A stretch of DNA of 63,713 bases, the filler included, from Octopus bimaculoides (Eukaryota): the NCBI RefSeq assembly GCF_001194135.2. It is 6 parts of 5 records of this genome, joined end to end, with 100 filler letters (N's around TTAATTAATTAA, not from the genome) between each part and the next. Parts side by side here need not be neighbours in the genome. Positions count along the whole stretch, not along the records: positions 23,787 to 52,713 come from NC_068989.1; positions 52,814 to 57,730 come from NC_068989.1; positions 57,831 to 60,858 come from NC_068982.1; positions 60,959 to 62,021 come from NW_026419899.1; positions 62,122 to 63,713 come from NW_026375769.1; 1 more part is not named here. One strand, given 5' to 3'. Of this stretch, positions 50,813 through 63,713 are shown piece by piece. How positions within the stretch are numbered: the stretch's first letter is position 1; every line of letters begins with the position of its first letter. The notes beneath the pieces were generated by a model. It was not told where the DNA came from, did not search any database, and saw nothing but the letters and a program-made list of their open reading frames with translations. The position numbers and the translations under genes were made by a program.

Positions 50813-51672
50813 TTACATGGAAATATGTGAGCAAGAGAAATAATATTCTTAAGAAAAGCAAAGGACAAGTTATTACACTTGGAATAGTTCAGGGCAAGTT
50901 ATTACATCTGGTAAAGTAGAGAACAAGAAAATTTTTACTTAAAATATTGCAGCTAAGGATAAAATTTGAATATTAAAGATTATTTGATTTTAATTTACAA
51001 AATAACATTATAATTAAAAAAGGTACCATCATTTTGTTAGAATATTGACACACTAGAATACTTAAAACATGAGAGCTAGAAGTATCAATATATCTAAAGT
51101 TTTATGCAAAGTAGAGTAGTATATATGGTAGACAAATTAATTATGTAAAAAATAGGCATTGGGTCAATACTAAAAATGTGAAGAGTTGGCAATAACTCAA
51201 GCAAATTTTACTGCGAATTTGTTGTTATAGGTAGATTTTACTATAATATATATCTAATTATATTCCATTTATTGTACTAACTAATTATGTACTACTATTA
51301 TTTTTTATAACCTATTTTCAACTTTCTAATTATTAATTAATAATTTAAAAAATGATTTTTTTTTAAGTGCAAAAAATATTTTAATTGCATCATTTTTTAG
51401 TTTTCATAGAAGTAACAAGTAATAACAAATAGAAGTAATAACTTGTAGTAAAATTTTTAGTTTTAATAAAAGCTAATATTTTCTAAATGTAAATATTTTA
51501 TTTGAAATTTTATCCTTAGCTGCAATATTTTAAGTAAAAATTTTCTTATTCTATACTTTACCAGATGTAATAACTTGTCCTGAAATATTTCAAGTATAAT
51601 AACTTGTCCTGTACTTTTCCAGGCTTATAATCTTAAGAATATTATTTCTCTTGCTCGCATTTTTCCATGTAA
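50813..51672. mobile_element. AT-rich MITE with ~160-bp TIRs
   Basis: ttacatggaaa..taaggataaaattt and its reverse complement; second, inverted copy at 54485-55446. Confidence 0.85.
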
Positions 51673-51836
51673 TATATTATGTAGATAGGCTTAAAATCCA
51701 AGCTGTGTCCTCTTAATGCACATCTGCTTATTCTAGTAATCCAAATTCCTATGTATATGCTATAGTTGTGTGAGGCATACATAAGAGTTGAAAATTCTGG
51801 AAAATATTTTTTGTAGAGTAATTATATATCAAAACA

Positions 51837-52451
51837 GGTGACTGGAAAATTTTTTGGCATTATTTATTCACCATTACACTTTTCATTTGCAAAAAGGAGT
51901 TCCAAAATTGTACACGTAGGAGAAATATGTAAGATATCTTCTATTAGAAATTCTTCAGACAGAGAATCAAATAATACCTATTACCGGTACCGAACCTCTT
52001 ATCCGGAATCCAGAAATCTGGAATTCTCAGAAATCCGGCTATTTTTGAAATTGGCTAGCTTTGAACTTCATGGGCTGTAGTAGTTTGCCATGTGGCTGCT
52101 TTGTTTTGGTTTCCGTGGCGTATGCGTCACATGATGCCACATCAAACAGACCCTACTTTAGAAATGTATTAATTTGTATGTATAATACAATTTTGTTCTT
52201 TACTTTTCGTTGTTTATTTTAAATTTTTGGTATATATTTATATGTCCAGAAATCTAGAAAATTCGGATCACCGCCGGTCCCAAAGTCGCCAGAAAAGAGG
52301 TTTAGTACCTGTATTTGATTCTCTGCCTGGAGAACATCTTATAGGAGGTATTTTACATGTTTCTCCTACCTGTTCAATTGTGTAAGTTCTATTAGCAAAT
52401 GAAACGTGTGTAATGGTGAATAAATATTATCAAAAATTTTTTCTAATCTCC
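51837..52451. mobile_element. Foldback: ~130-bp arms around a Tigger/pogo-like MITE (51984-52311, TA-flanked)
   Basis: 51837-51972 is the reverse complement of 52312-52451; inner TIRs ccggtaccgaacctctt / aagaggtttagtacctg. Confidence 0.8.
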
Positions 52452-52607
52452 TTCTGTGTGGTAAGAAGCATGCTTCCCAACCACATAGTTCCAAGTTCAG
52501 TCCCACTGCAGGGCACCTTGGGCAAGTGTCTTCTACTATAGCCTTAGGCCAACCAATGCCTTGTGAGTGGATTTGGTTGACGAAAACTGAAAGAAGCCCA
52601 TCGTATG

Positions 52608-52643
<36 letters not shown>

Positions 52644-52949
52644 CACGTGTGTGTGTGTCTTTGCGTCTGTGTCTGTTCCCCACCCCCACCATCACAGCTC
52701 GACAACTGGTGTTNNNNNNNNNNNNNNNNNNNNNNNNNNNNNNNNNNNNNNNNNNNNTTAATTAATTAANNNNNNNNNNNNNNNNNNNNNNNNNNNNNNN
52801 NNNNNNNNNNNNNATTCAAAAATGTCTATCCTTTTGCTATTATATTCTTCTTAATAATTCTCTGAATAAAACTAAACTTTAACTGTATACAATATAGCAA
52901 CAGTGTTTAAAATATTTTAACTATAGTACTACATGATAAGACTTCCCCT

Positions 52950-53150
52950 CTTTCATTATCAATGGTCTGCTAGTGGGCGACCCCCTTAATTATGAGCTAA
53001 CATCTTGTTTTAAGTTTTCCTTTACCAAACCTCATGATATTGCTTCTAATAAATCTTGATTTTTATGACTATACCAACTATGATTTCTGCCTGCTCCCTC
53101 AGCCGTACCCCTAACAGATACTGCTCCATTGTTCTCTCAGCCTTAGATAT
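52950..53150 (-). mobile_element. RTE-type LINE C-terminal remnant
   Basis: AERTMEQYLLGVRLREQ..GGRP. Confidence 0.4.
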
Positions 53151-54484
53151 ATAAGGATTTGATAAACTAGTCTTTAAATTAAAAGCTGCATGCAATCTTA
53201 GGCAAGCGTTTGTACAGTAGTCGCTGGTCAAACCTAACTTTATGAAAGAATATGAGTTGAGGAAAAGTAAATTGTAGTTGTAATATAAAGACCCAGTCTT
53301 GTTATACAGAATCAAACTGCTTTCTACTTGGGAATTATGCTAACAATACAGTTACCTGTGGAATATCCGGCCACTTACAAGCGTGAGCACGCGCACACAC
53401 TCACGCACACACACACACACACGAAACAGGTGATAACACGTTTTATTAAGTCAGATTTGTTTACCTTAATATCACCATCCCTCAATTCCAAAATATCTTT
53501 ACTATTTAAGAGACCATTATTCTTGTTCCATTGTTCCGTTACAATCCTTTTGTCGATGATCTAGATGAACAAAAGCTTTCTTATAAGAACAGGACTTAGA
53601 TTTATTTTTGATTTTTATTCTCATTTTAATTCCTGTTAATATAAATTTGGTATCCGGGATGAAGATGTTTCAATGATTGTCAGAAAGAAAGCTATGTGTG
53701 TATGTATGTATGTATGCATGTATGTATGTATGTATGTATGTATGTATGTATGTATGTATGTATGTGTGTGAGGCTGTGTGTATGTATTTCATCGGTTTTT
53801 GTCTCAGTCATTCGACTACGGACGTGCTGGGTCACCGCCTTGAAGGGTTTGGATGAACAAATCGACTCTAGGACTTATTTGATTCCTTTAAGTCTTTAAT
53901 ATTTCTATCTGTCTCGTTCGACGAACTGTTAGTTTACAGGGACGTAAAAAAAAGCAACACCGGGTGTCAACTGGTGGTGGAAGACACATACAATACACAC
54001 ATACACATACACGCACACAATCACACACACATATACGACAGGCTTCTTTCAGTTTTCAGCTACCAAATCCACTCATAAGGCCCAGGGCTGCAGTAGAAGA
54101 CACTTGTCCAAGACACCACACGATGGGACTGAATCCAGAACCCTGTGGTAGGAGCTCTTACTCATTCAGTATTAGTTGTACATCTAACAATACACACAAT
54201 TTATATATATATATAAATTACAGCAAGGAATCTTTACAAAATCTTCCCACAGAAGTTAACAAAGAACTTACTAGATCTACAACCAAACTGTAAAATTAAA
54301 TTATATTATATTATATTATTAGAAAATTAAATTAATTAGAACTACCAGTGAAGTCATTTTTCTCTTTTTTCAAATATATATATATATATGTGTGTGTGTG
54401 TGAGAGTGTGTGTATGTGTATATATATGTATATATATATGTATGTATATATGTATGTATATACATATATATATATATATATATA

Positions 54485-55446
54485 TTACATGGAAAGATAT
54501 GAGCGAGAGAAATAATATTCTTAAGATTATAAAACTGGGAAATTACAGGACAAGTTATTACTTGGAAAAGTTCAGGACAATTTATTACATCTGGTAAAGT
54601 ACAGAACAAGAAAATTTTTACTTAAAATATTGCACCTAAGGATAAAATTTCTAATAAAATATTTACATTTTGAAAATATTAGCTTTTATTAAACCTAAAA
54701 ATTTTATTACAAGTTATTACTTCTATTTATCATTACTTGTTACTTCTATCAAAACTTAAAAATAACTTAATTATAATATTATTTACACTTTAAAAAATTC
54801 ACGTTTTTAATTATTAATTAATAATTAGAAATTTGAAAATAGATTATTAAAAATAATAGTAGTACATAATCAGTTAATACAATAAATAGAATAATACAAA
54901 AATTAGTTATATACTACAGTAATATCTAACTATAACAACAAGTTCACAGTAAAATTTGCTTGAGTTATTGCCTAAGTTATTGCCAAGTCTTCGCATTTTT
55001 AGTCTTGATCCAATGCCTATTTTTTTACATAATGAATTTGCCTACAATATAAACTAATCTGCTTCGCATAAAACTTTAGCTATATTAGTACTTTTGGTTC
55101 TCATTTTTTTAAGTATTCTAGTGTGACAATATTTTAACAAAATGACGGTACCTTTTTTAATTATAATGTTACTTTGAAAATCAAAATCAAATAGTTTTTA
55201 ATATTCAAATTTTATCCTTAGCTAAAATATTTCAATAATTTTTAATATTCATNNNNNNNNNNNNNNNNNNNNNNNNNNNNNNNNNNNNNNNNNNNNNNNN
55301 NNNNNNNNNNNNNNNNNNNNNNNNNNNNGCTGTACCAGATGTACTAAGTTGTCCTGAACTTTTCCAAGTGTAATAACTTGTCCTGTACTTTTCCAGTTTT
55401 ATAATCTTAGGAATATTATTTCTCTTGCTCGAATTTTTCAATGTAA
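54485..55446. mobile_element. Second copy of the 50813-51672 MITE (inverted, with gap)
   Basis: Same TIRs and interior; flank 55447-55636 also matches 50279-50812. Confidence 0.85.
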
Positions 55447-56201
55447 TCCATGTTTTTTCCAGGCAATGTATGCTATTATGCTAATTAATAATGTGTCAAA
55501 TGTGTCAAATGTGTCAATTAGCGGTGTCGGTGATAATTTTTTCCCTACCTCAATGATGCCAGTGACATATATCAAAAGTCCCTTTATAGAACTATATTCA
55601 TAAAAATGTATAGAACTATATTATCACCCTAAAATTAGATATTGGCAGGGGCTTACCTCCTTGTGTTCTTGTATTATGCATTTGTATTGCTGCAATAAAA
55701 TGTATATTTACATATTCGGGTAGTCAGGAAGAAAAGAAAGATAAAATGTTCACACAGAATTGTAGATATTAAAGTTTTCTAGCGATGTTCGTTTGTATGT
55801 ACGATGACTGTAGTGTTTTTGCAATAAAAAGGATGTTTGCATTTTCGAATACTCAATGAGAAAGGAAAGGAAAGAAAAGGAGTAAAAGTTTCACAGAAAG
55901 TTGTAGATATTAAAGTTTAAAATTTTACTAAAGATGATTTTTGGTATGTCCAAACAGAGAAATGTGTTGTGCTCTTAGAATAAAAAGGATGTTTACATTT
56001 TCAAATACTCAGGGTAAAAGGAAAGATAGATATTCACAGAAGTTGTAGATATTTAAGTTTTTAAAACTGATCGTTTGTGTGTTCGAAAATCGTAGATATG
56101 TAAGTTTCTTAACTTATTTTGAGAGAAATTTAAAATATCTCAAGTATAAGACAAAAGTTGAAACTAAACAACATTTAATAACACCTTTTAATAATAAAGG
56201 G

Positions 56202-56316
56202 AAAGAAGAAGAAGAAGAAGAAGAAGAAGAAGAAGAAGAAGAAGAAGAAGAAGAAGAAGAAGAAGAAGAAGAAGAAGAAGAAGAAGAAGAAGAAGAAGAA
56301 GAAGAAGAAGAAGAAG
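56202..56316. repeat. (GAA)n microsatellite
   Basis: Direct reading. Confidence 0.98.
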
Positions 56317-56905
56317 CCAGTGTCAATGGTGGTTAGAGAAATTCCGAGCCAGAAACTACAGCCTAGATGACAAGCCTCTGTAGAGCTCGACGAGGACGTT
56401 CTGCAAACCATGGTGGAACAAAATCCCATCGTAACTGTTGAAGAACGAGCAGAGAAGCTTGGATTTGGTCATTCAACCACTCATTCAAGTCAGCGCTAGA
56501 AGAAAAATGACTATCTTTGGTTTCAAGACGAAATGTGTTCTTCTATCAGGATAATGCTCGGTCACATACAGCGATAACAATCGAAAGGTTGGAACAGTTT
56601 GAATGAAAAATGATGCCTCAACCACCATATTCACCGGACATTGTCCCATCTGATTATCATTTATTCCGCAGTCTTCAAAATCATTTGGACAGAAAAAAAT
56701 ATGAATTCTGTAGATGAGGTCAGAATAATACTATAGGAGTATTTTTCGTCACGGACAAGTGAATTTTGGAAGAGGGACCTTGCAAGTCTACCAGAGCTTT
56801 GTAGAAAATGAAAGAGAGTATATTTTAGATTTAAAATAAAACTTTGTTTCTCGTAATTTTGAAAAATAAAAGAAGTATTAAAAAACCGCATTGTTTATGG
56901 GCTGA
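56317..56905 (+). mobile_element. Mariner transposase remnant, internally deleted
   Basis: QCQWWLEKFR..SLDD..VEQNP; QDNARSHT..PPYSPDIVPSDYHLFRSLQNHL. Confidence 0.9.
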
Positions 56906-57596
56906 CATACATATATATATATATATGTATGTATATANNNNNNNNNNNNNNNNNNNNNNNNNNNNNNNNNNNNNNNNNNNNNNNNNNNNNNNNNNNNNNN
57001 NNNNNNNNNNNNNNNNNNNNNNNNNNNNNNNNNNNNNNNNNNNNNNNNNNNNNNNNNNNNNNNNNNNNNNNNNNNNNNNNNNNNNNNNNNNNNNNNNNNN
57101 NATATATATATACGCAGTCAGACCCACATTACGAAAATATTATATACATACAAAAAAGCACTTACAGAGAGAGAGGTATACAGACGGACATGCGCGCATA
57201 TATACGCACACAAATATGTTTGGTGGGGATCGTGAATATGCGTGTGTATAGATACGTAGCTCGACAGAGAGACAGACAGATAAAAAGACAGACTGACAGA
57301 TAAACAGACAGGCAGACAGAAAGACAAAATGACTGATAGACAGATAAGTAGATAGACAGACAATCAAATAGACTATGGAAAGCTGATTATGTTACAATTT
57401 TCGAGGTTGTAAGAAAGTAGTCGAGAGAAAACACAATAAAAAATAATTAATCTTTATTATACAATATGTAATATAAAATATACCGAAATAAATCATTATT
57501 TATTTCAGAAGCATATAGTGTCAAATATGTACAGTATTTTTCAGATTGGCAATCTTTATGTCTTAACAATCCCAGAGGGAAAAGAATTCATATCAA

Positions 57597-57730
57597 TTAA
57601 AGTCTCTTGGTGGGATTGCTTGCGGGGGCCTCAACTGGAACAGCGGCAGCATTTTTTGTCAGGGCTGCAGGTGCAACATCGGCGAGATCGCTTGCGGGGG
57701 CCTCAACTGGAACAGCGGCAGCATTTTTTG
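57597..57730 (-). CDS. C-terminus of an ORF with a 24-aa Ala/Pro-rich repeat, 5' part lost in gap
   Basis: KNAAAVPVEAPASDLADVAPAALTKNAAAVPVEAPASNPTKRL*; 72-bp period; AATAAA signals downstream on minus. Confidence 0.5.
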
Positions 57731-58089
57731 NNNNNNNNNNNNNNNNNNNNNNNNNNNNNNNNNNNNNNNNNNNNTTAATTAATTAANNNNNNNNNNNNNN
57801 NNNNNNNNNNNNNNNNNNNNNNNNNNNNNNATATATATATATATATATATAATTGCCATTTAAAAGCCATTTAAAAACACAAAAACCGTTAGATTTACTT
57901 CAACATTTAAATTTAATTTGCCAAAATATTTTCGTCACTTTGAGACCGCGACCTGTTCACTGATAAAATTCCACACACAAGCACTCAATAGTCAAAGCAT
58001 TTCAAGACGATTCTTTGTACCCCCCTGCTCAGGCCATGGTTCAACAATTTATTGCATTCATCATCAGTCGAAGAAAACAGATCTGGGCG

Positions 58090-58925
58090 GTTTCGAATCT
58101 CAGAAGAGACTGCAAATGCTAAAAAGCAGCTGAAAAATGGAAAGTCAGTATGAAGTTGATGGAATCCCAACAGAAATGTAGAAGAATTGGAGCCCGATGT
58201 TGCACACCGAACTTCATGAGTTCCTTCTCCTCTGCTGGAAACATGACGTTCTGTGATGCAGCCATCATTACCTTGTAAAAGAATAGACGAGGGTAAAAGA
58301 CCGACTGATTTAATTACTGGGGAATTATTCTGCTTTCAATGAAGAAAAAAATCCTCGCAAGAACAACTTCTGAAAAATAAACCCGTCGATGCAAAAGAGC
58401 ATAGCTCAAAGAACTAATATAGACTTAGAACAAACACGCGTACTGTTGACAAGGTATTTATTCCAAGCAGCCCAGGAGAAATGTCGGGAACCGAACAGGT
58501 GATTGTACATGGCGTTTGTCTTTTATAGGCCTTACCAAAGCGCTCAACAGTGTGAGTAGGAAGGGCCTGCAGAACAACTATGGGACGACTAAGATGCACC
58601 ATTTACAAAAGAAAAAAAAATCTTCATCATTGTCATTCTGCTACATGAGGATCAGCGCGGCCAAATTAGACACAACAACGAACTCAAAAAGTACTTCGCA
58701 ATAGGAAATGTTATAGAGCAGAGCGGTGTCTTCATCATCATCATCATCATCTCTATATGATATTCGTTAGGACTACAGAAGACCTCGATGGCAGCCTAAT
58801 GAAATTAAAGGACTGCAGTTCTACACCAAGCTACTGGAACAACTAACCCGGCTGCTTTGCCGACGATACTGCACTTGCTGCCCACAAAGAGTCATCTGTG
58901 CAACATATATCAAACTGCTTCGTAT
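58090..58925 (+). mobile_element. RTE-BovB-like RT remnant
   Basis: KQLKNGK..DGIP..DAAIITL..LLCRRY/FADDTALAAH; many disablements. Confidence 0.8.
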
Positions 58926-59113
58926 CCCACTCACCAATCTCTCAGGAAAATTACTATTCCCTCTATAATCACAATCGGCGTATTGTTTCATTATATGCTA
59001 CACACAAACACATGTAACATTAAATACTTATAATATATATAGACAAAAACAGGTATATCAAGTACCATACAACATAAATTATTGATATATTAAAATTATA
59101 TCTCTTCCTTTAG

Positions 59114-59307
59114 AGGATCGACCACAATTACCAAATAGTAATTATGACCAACTCCTCTCGAGAAAGAAAGATAATCTCAAGACTCAAGACTTCTCCAAAG
59201 TTAACCGACCATTTATGAAAAGGACGGAGAGGAATAGTAGCTTTCATCAGTGTGACAATTTTCCGACCTTATCCCCAGTAGACAAGGGACTTAGACAAGA
59301 GAAATAA
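59114..59307 (+). CDS. Candidate terminal coding exon of an unknown gene
   Basis: Acceptor tctcttcctttAG; 63 open codons DRPQLPNSNYDQLLSRKK..GLRQEK*; AATAAA near 59446. Confidence 0.35.
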
Positions 59308-60006
59308 CTCAGAGGCACGTATTTGAACAACAGAGACACCATAGACATATATATAATGTTTAAAATTCATATTAAAAATACATATATTGATTGACTGAGG
59401 AGGTAAAAACGTGTTGCGGGACATTAAATTATGCGTGAATACAAAATAAAAGCAACTTCTAAGAAGAAAAGTTCCCTGTGTATTGTAATATATGATTTTT
59501 ATCTTTCCCGAAACAAGCGAATAAACATGATAGAAGAAGTAAACGTTATATTAATTTATCTATTTATTGAAACCCATTTAACCAATATATTTTACATAAT
59601 TCAGGGCAAAGCTTAGTTTTATAAAGTACATTTGACCTTTTAGTCAAGAGAATTCCCTGGACATATCTATTCACGAAGATAGTGGCTTCCCAGGGGAAAA
59701 AATGTAAAGTTTGATTGGACTAGCGCCAATATAAGACGGATTAAAGCAGGTTTATCATAAATTAGATATTTACTCTAGACTGATAACCTATTATAAACTA
59801 CATAAAATCAGTGATGGATTTAAAAATAACTCTACTGTTGCTTAAAGGTACAAATAATGTAGATAATATTTTGCAAGGATTCATTGACGAACTCTACGCG
59901 AAATCATCATAATGCTCCTTTGGAAGTATCCTGTCCATTTTTATTAACTTTGATGCAAAGCCACATATTTGTGTGGGTTTTATACATACATACATACATA
60001 CATATG

Positions 60007-60058
<52 letters not shown>

Positions 60059-60336
60059 NNNNNNNNNNNNNNNNNNNNNNNNNNNNNNNNNNNNNNNNNN
60101 NNNNNNNNNNNNNNNNNNNNNNNNNNNNNNNNNNNNNNNNNNNNNNNNNNNNNNNNNNNNNNNNNNNNNNNNNNNNNNNNNNNNNNNNNNNNNNNNNNNN
60201 NNNNNNNNNNNNNNNNNNNNNNNNNNNNNNNCTCACTCTTACTTCCTGTTTCTGTTGTGCCTGTAATTCAAAGGGTCAGCCTTGTCACACTGTGTCACGC
60301 TGAATATCCCCGAGAACTACGTTAAGGGTACACGAC

Positions 60337-60795
60337 TTAAACAGCTGAAACTCTATTCTCTGCAACGCCACCGTGAGCGATACATTATTTGGACCACATA
60401 GAAAAAATATTCCACCAATATTATCCAAATGATATCGTTATTATGTTTACAATTCACCCAAGACTAGGTCCCCGTGCAATGCGTCCTCTACAAAGGTCGA
60501 GATCACATCACATAAGAACATTGCGACACAATTTCTTCACTGCAAATGGTCCTGTTCTTTTCAATGCTATCCCGAAAGAAATTAAAGTAGCAAAAGACAC
60601 CACAACTTTCAAACGGTACCTGGGCAAATTGCTCCAGGAAATACCAGATAACCCCCTACACCTAGATACGTATCAACCAACAACAACTCTCTGGTTGAGT
60701 GGTCCATGGTGTCCCGAAATAACTAAAAGATTTTTCCAGGCGGTGCTATTGAGTTAGTCATGGCCTGGGCTGATAATGACCGAAACCAATCTAAG
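60337..60795 (+). mobile_element. CR1-like LINE 3' end inserted in a SINE D copy
   Basis: LKQLKLYSLQRHRERYII..HPRLG..GPVLFNAIPKEI..FKRYL..LQEIPDNP. Confidence 0.85.
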
Positions 60796-60805
60796 TTACC
60801 TAAGC

Positions 60806-60858
<53 letters not shown>

Positions 60859-61595
60859 NNNNNNNNNNNNNNNNNNNNNNNNNNNNNNNNNNNNNNNNNN
60901 NNTTAATTAATTAANNNNNNNNNNNNNNNNNNNNNNNNNNNNNNNNNNNNNNNNNNNNAATAATAATAATAATAATAATAATAATCGTTTCTTTATTGGC
61001 CACAAGGGACGATACAATACAAGGGACAAGTGGGGTGTTGAACAATGCCGTGTATACAATAAGTAACAAAAACAAGTAACAAAACAATTAAACAATTATG
61101 ATTTCCCAAAAGGGGAAAGTTCTTCACGGGGACATTCGAGGAATGCCACACATTCTGGTTATCAGGACAGCCAGATGCCATCCTCGCCACAAGCATTCAC
61201 CTTTCAACAAACTAGCAAATCTACCCATCTACGATGAAGGTATAAAACGAGGGAAGGAAGCCATAACAGCAGTATGTATTGAGAAATGTGTAAATGGACT
61301 TGATAGATTACTGGGTGTCTTAGGGAAATCACATTATTGTTGGTGCTACAACATTCTATTGCAGCTATATGTCATGTTCGTGACTAAGTGACATGTGATG
61401 ACGATTCACTCCCGAACTGAAATACGCTCCCAGCCTCTGTATCATGAATGGTTATGTGGCCCATTCCTGACTAAAGCCAGAGCTTCCTTCGACCGCTACA
61501 TAAAAAGTATTAAGAAAAAAAATGTTATTTAGATATACTTTTATATTAGTTGTTTACACTATTTCACGTTTGTTTATATTCTTATGCATTCAAAG

Positions 61596-61850
61596 TTAAA
61601 AAATTCCCTTATTTAAATTTCGAATCATATTCCTTTCGATAACATCAATATGATTACAAAACTTCTTTGTAGAGGATATTTTCTGTTTGGTCGACACTAA
61701 TTTCAAATTACTGGAGTCCGTTGCTCTGCTCATAGAGACGTATAACTGGCCGTGTGTAAACATCGGAGTGGGTAAAAATACACCTACACGATCTAAAGTC
61801 TGGCCTTGTGCCTTGTTTGCTGTGAATGCGCGAGCGGAATCTTTAGGGCT
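61596..61850 (-). mobile_element. Helitron/PIF1-like helicase C-terminal fragment
   Basis: AFTANKAQGQTLDRVGVFLPTPMFTHGQLYVSMSR, helicase motifs V-VI. Confidence 0.8.
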
Positions 61851-61873
61851 GCAAAAGATCAAACTAACATTTA

Positions 61874-62021
61874 CCTGTCAGCCAATTGTAAACGACTGAG
61901 CAGGTTTGTGAGGCTTTGGCACAGCCCCCTATCCAGGTGTGCAACCATAATGGCGTTCCAATCGCCCACTAGAACTAAAGAGCGAGATGTCCCAAGGAAA
62001 ACCTCCAAACGTCTGAAGAAA
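61874..62021 (-). mobile_element. L1/Tx1-type APE endonuclease fragment
   Basis: SRSLVLVGDWNAIMVAHLDR..LQLADR. Confidence 0.6.
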
Positions 62022-62900
62022 NNNNNNNNNNNNNNNNNNNNNNNNNNNNNNNNNNNNNNNNNNNNTTAATTAATTAANNNNNNNNNNNNNNNNNNNNNNN
62101 NNNNNNNNNNNNNNNNNNNNNAAGGATATATCATTTAGATAACTTAGGCCATGTCTAACTAGATATAACTATGTGAAGTATTATTTTAATCATGTTTTAG
62201 GACACTTAGCCCACTACTGGAGAGAGTGAAGTTGTTTTTCCGAAACAAAACCTCTGAAAACAAGTGTTCAGGTTTCAGTAGTATATCTAGTCTTTCTGAG
62301 AAGAATTTCTCCAGGTACTGTTTGAATGTAATGAGGACTTTTGCTTCTTTAATTTCTTTCGATATAATTTTGAGTAAAGCAGGACTTGTTGCGATAAAAA
62401 TAAAATGTCAAAATGTTATTATGTAATGTGAACTTGTGTTTTGTGGGAGGAAGAGAGCACGGGGACAAAACCTTGGATGACTTGTGAACTTGATGCCGGT
62501 ATCGATGAAATACTTTCCACACTAAACAAATGATATAACTCTCACAGCGGCGTTGGGGAGAATAAATTGAGCTTTTTGAGGCAATCCCAGTAGTGAAAGC
62601 ATGCCCTGAGATTTATTTGTTTCCTGTGATCGATCTCTAAGGTGCTTCAATTCTCATAATGTTTTGCATTTTGTGGTGGGGGGGTCATAAAAAGTGACAA
62701 TATTAATGATGTAACTAACATAACTAACGTAAAGATTACAACAAAGATACCAGGATCCTCTGGAAAGATGAGCACATTCTGAGGGACATAACGACTTTAT
62801 TCTTGGTGTGAACACTCCAGCTTAGGATCTTGTCACAGTTTCACATAAGCCTGATATTCTATAACACTACGAGAAGCTCTCCCGTAGCAAAAAAGTTAGA

Positions 62901-63228
62901 GATCAACGCAGAAGTTGTACTAACAAGTAATGTTCGTTGCCACTTCAACATGGCTATTCCGTCCGAACGGACTTTACTGCGATATTTTAACTCCAAGATG
63001 ATATCTCCTCTGACTGGTCAACGATGCACAGCTGCACCCGATATACTGCGAGCGGGGGAGCGAACCGCTACCAACATCTAGCGACGGGACCAGCAGACCA
63101 TTCCATCGTTAACCAGCTGGAGGAGATGTCCTCATGGGTTTAAAAATCGCAGTAAAGTCCGTTCGAACGGAACGGCCACGTTGAAGTGGCTACGAACGTT
63201 ACTTGCTAGTACAACTACTGCGCTGATT
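62901..63228. mobile_element. CpG-rich foldback/MITE, ~125-bp arms
   Basis: 62901-63026 is the reverse complement of 63104-63228. Confidence 0.85.
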
Positions 63229-63713
63229 TCTTAGAGATTTTAGAACTAGCTTTTTTGGTTGTTGCAAAATCAGCGATTGTGGGTGTCGCCTGAATTTATA
63301 TATGTGTGTGGTTTTAAATAAAGAAACATATGTAAAAATTACATTAAAACTTTGTAGCTGAAAACATCGAGACCAGATCCAGATCAGTTTAATGACTTTT
63401 CCCTATACTATAAAAAAAAACTTTTAGCCATAAAACACAAATGGTATATACTAAAACTTTTCCTATACAAAAGACTCGAAGCAAGATGTGACCTTATTTT
63501 CCTCGTTACAATATGTTTATATAAATCATATGAGCCAAATTCACCTTAAAACCTATACCAATAAGATTTCAGTTCAACTATGATACAAAAAACATTTATA
63601 CTGTGAAAACGTTTAGTTGTTTTTTTTTGTTTTTGATACATACTAAAATATAGAATAGAATTATTCTCCGCTTGTGCCAATTATACAATATATATATATA
63701 TATATATATATAT

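Overview
AT-rich, microsatellite-dense, gapped eukaryotic scaffold. The SINE families and repeat style point to an octopod cephalopod (Octopus); this is an inference. Most of the window is decayed mobile DNA: R4/Dong, RTE, CR1-like and Tx1/L1-like LINE fragments, a Penelope-like (PLE) RT remnant, four mariner remnants, hAT, Gypsy-integrase and Helitron fragments, several tRNA-derived SINE families and many foldback/MITE palindromes. No complete gene is visible. Splice-site reading suggests a minus-strand host gene starting near 16.9 kb and running off the left edge, plus two isolated candidate terminal exons (57.6 and 59.1 kb). The most interesting signal is a set of hammerhead-ribozyme (HHR) motifs. 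One nearly intact minimal type-I HHR with a palindromic helix III lies at 40759-40803 (-). A small non-coding element joins a tRNA-like Pol III head, an (AAT)n spacer and a tail with a decayed PLE-type HHR; it occurs at two loci in inverted/palindromic arrangements. One of these copies carries a 59-bp copy of the putative start-codon exon 2.3 kb away. All calls come from reading by eye; no searches or folding programs were run.
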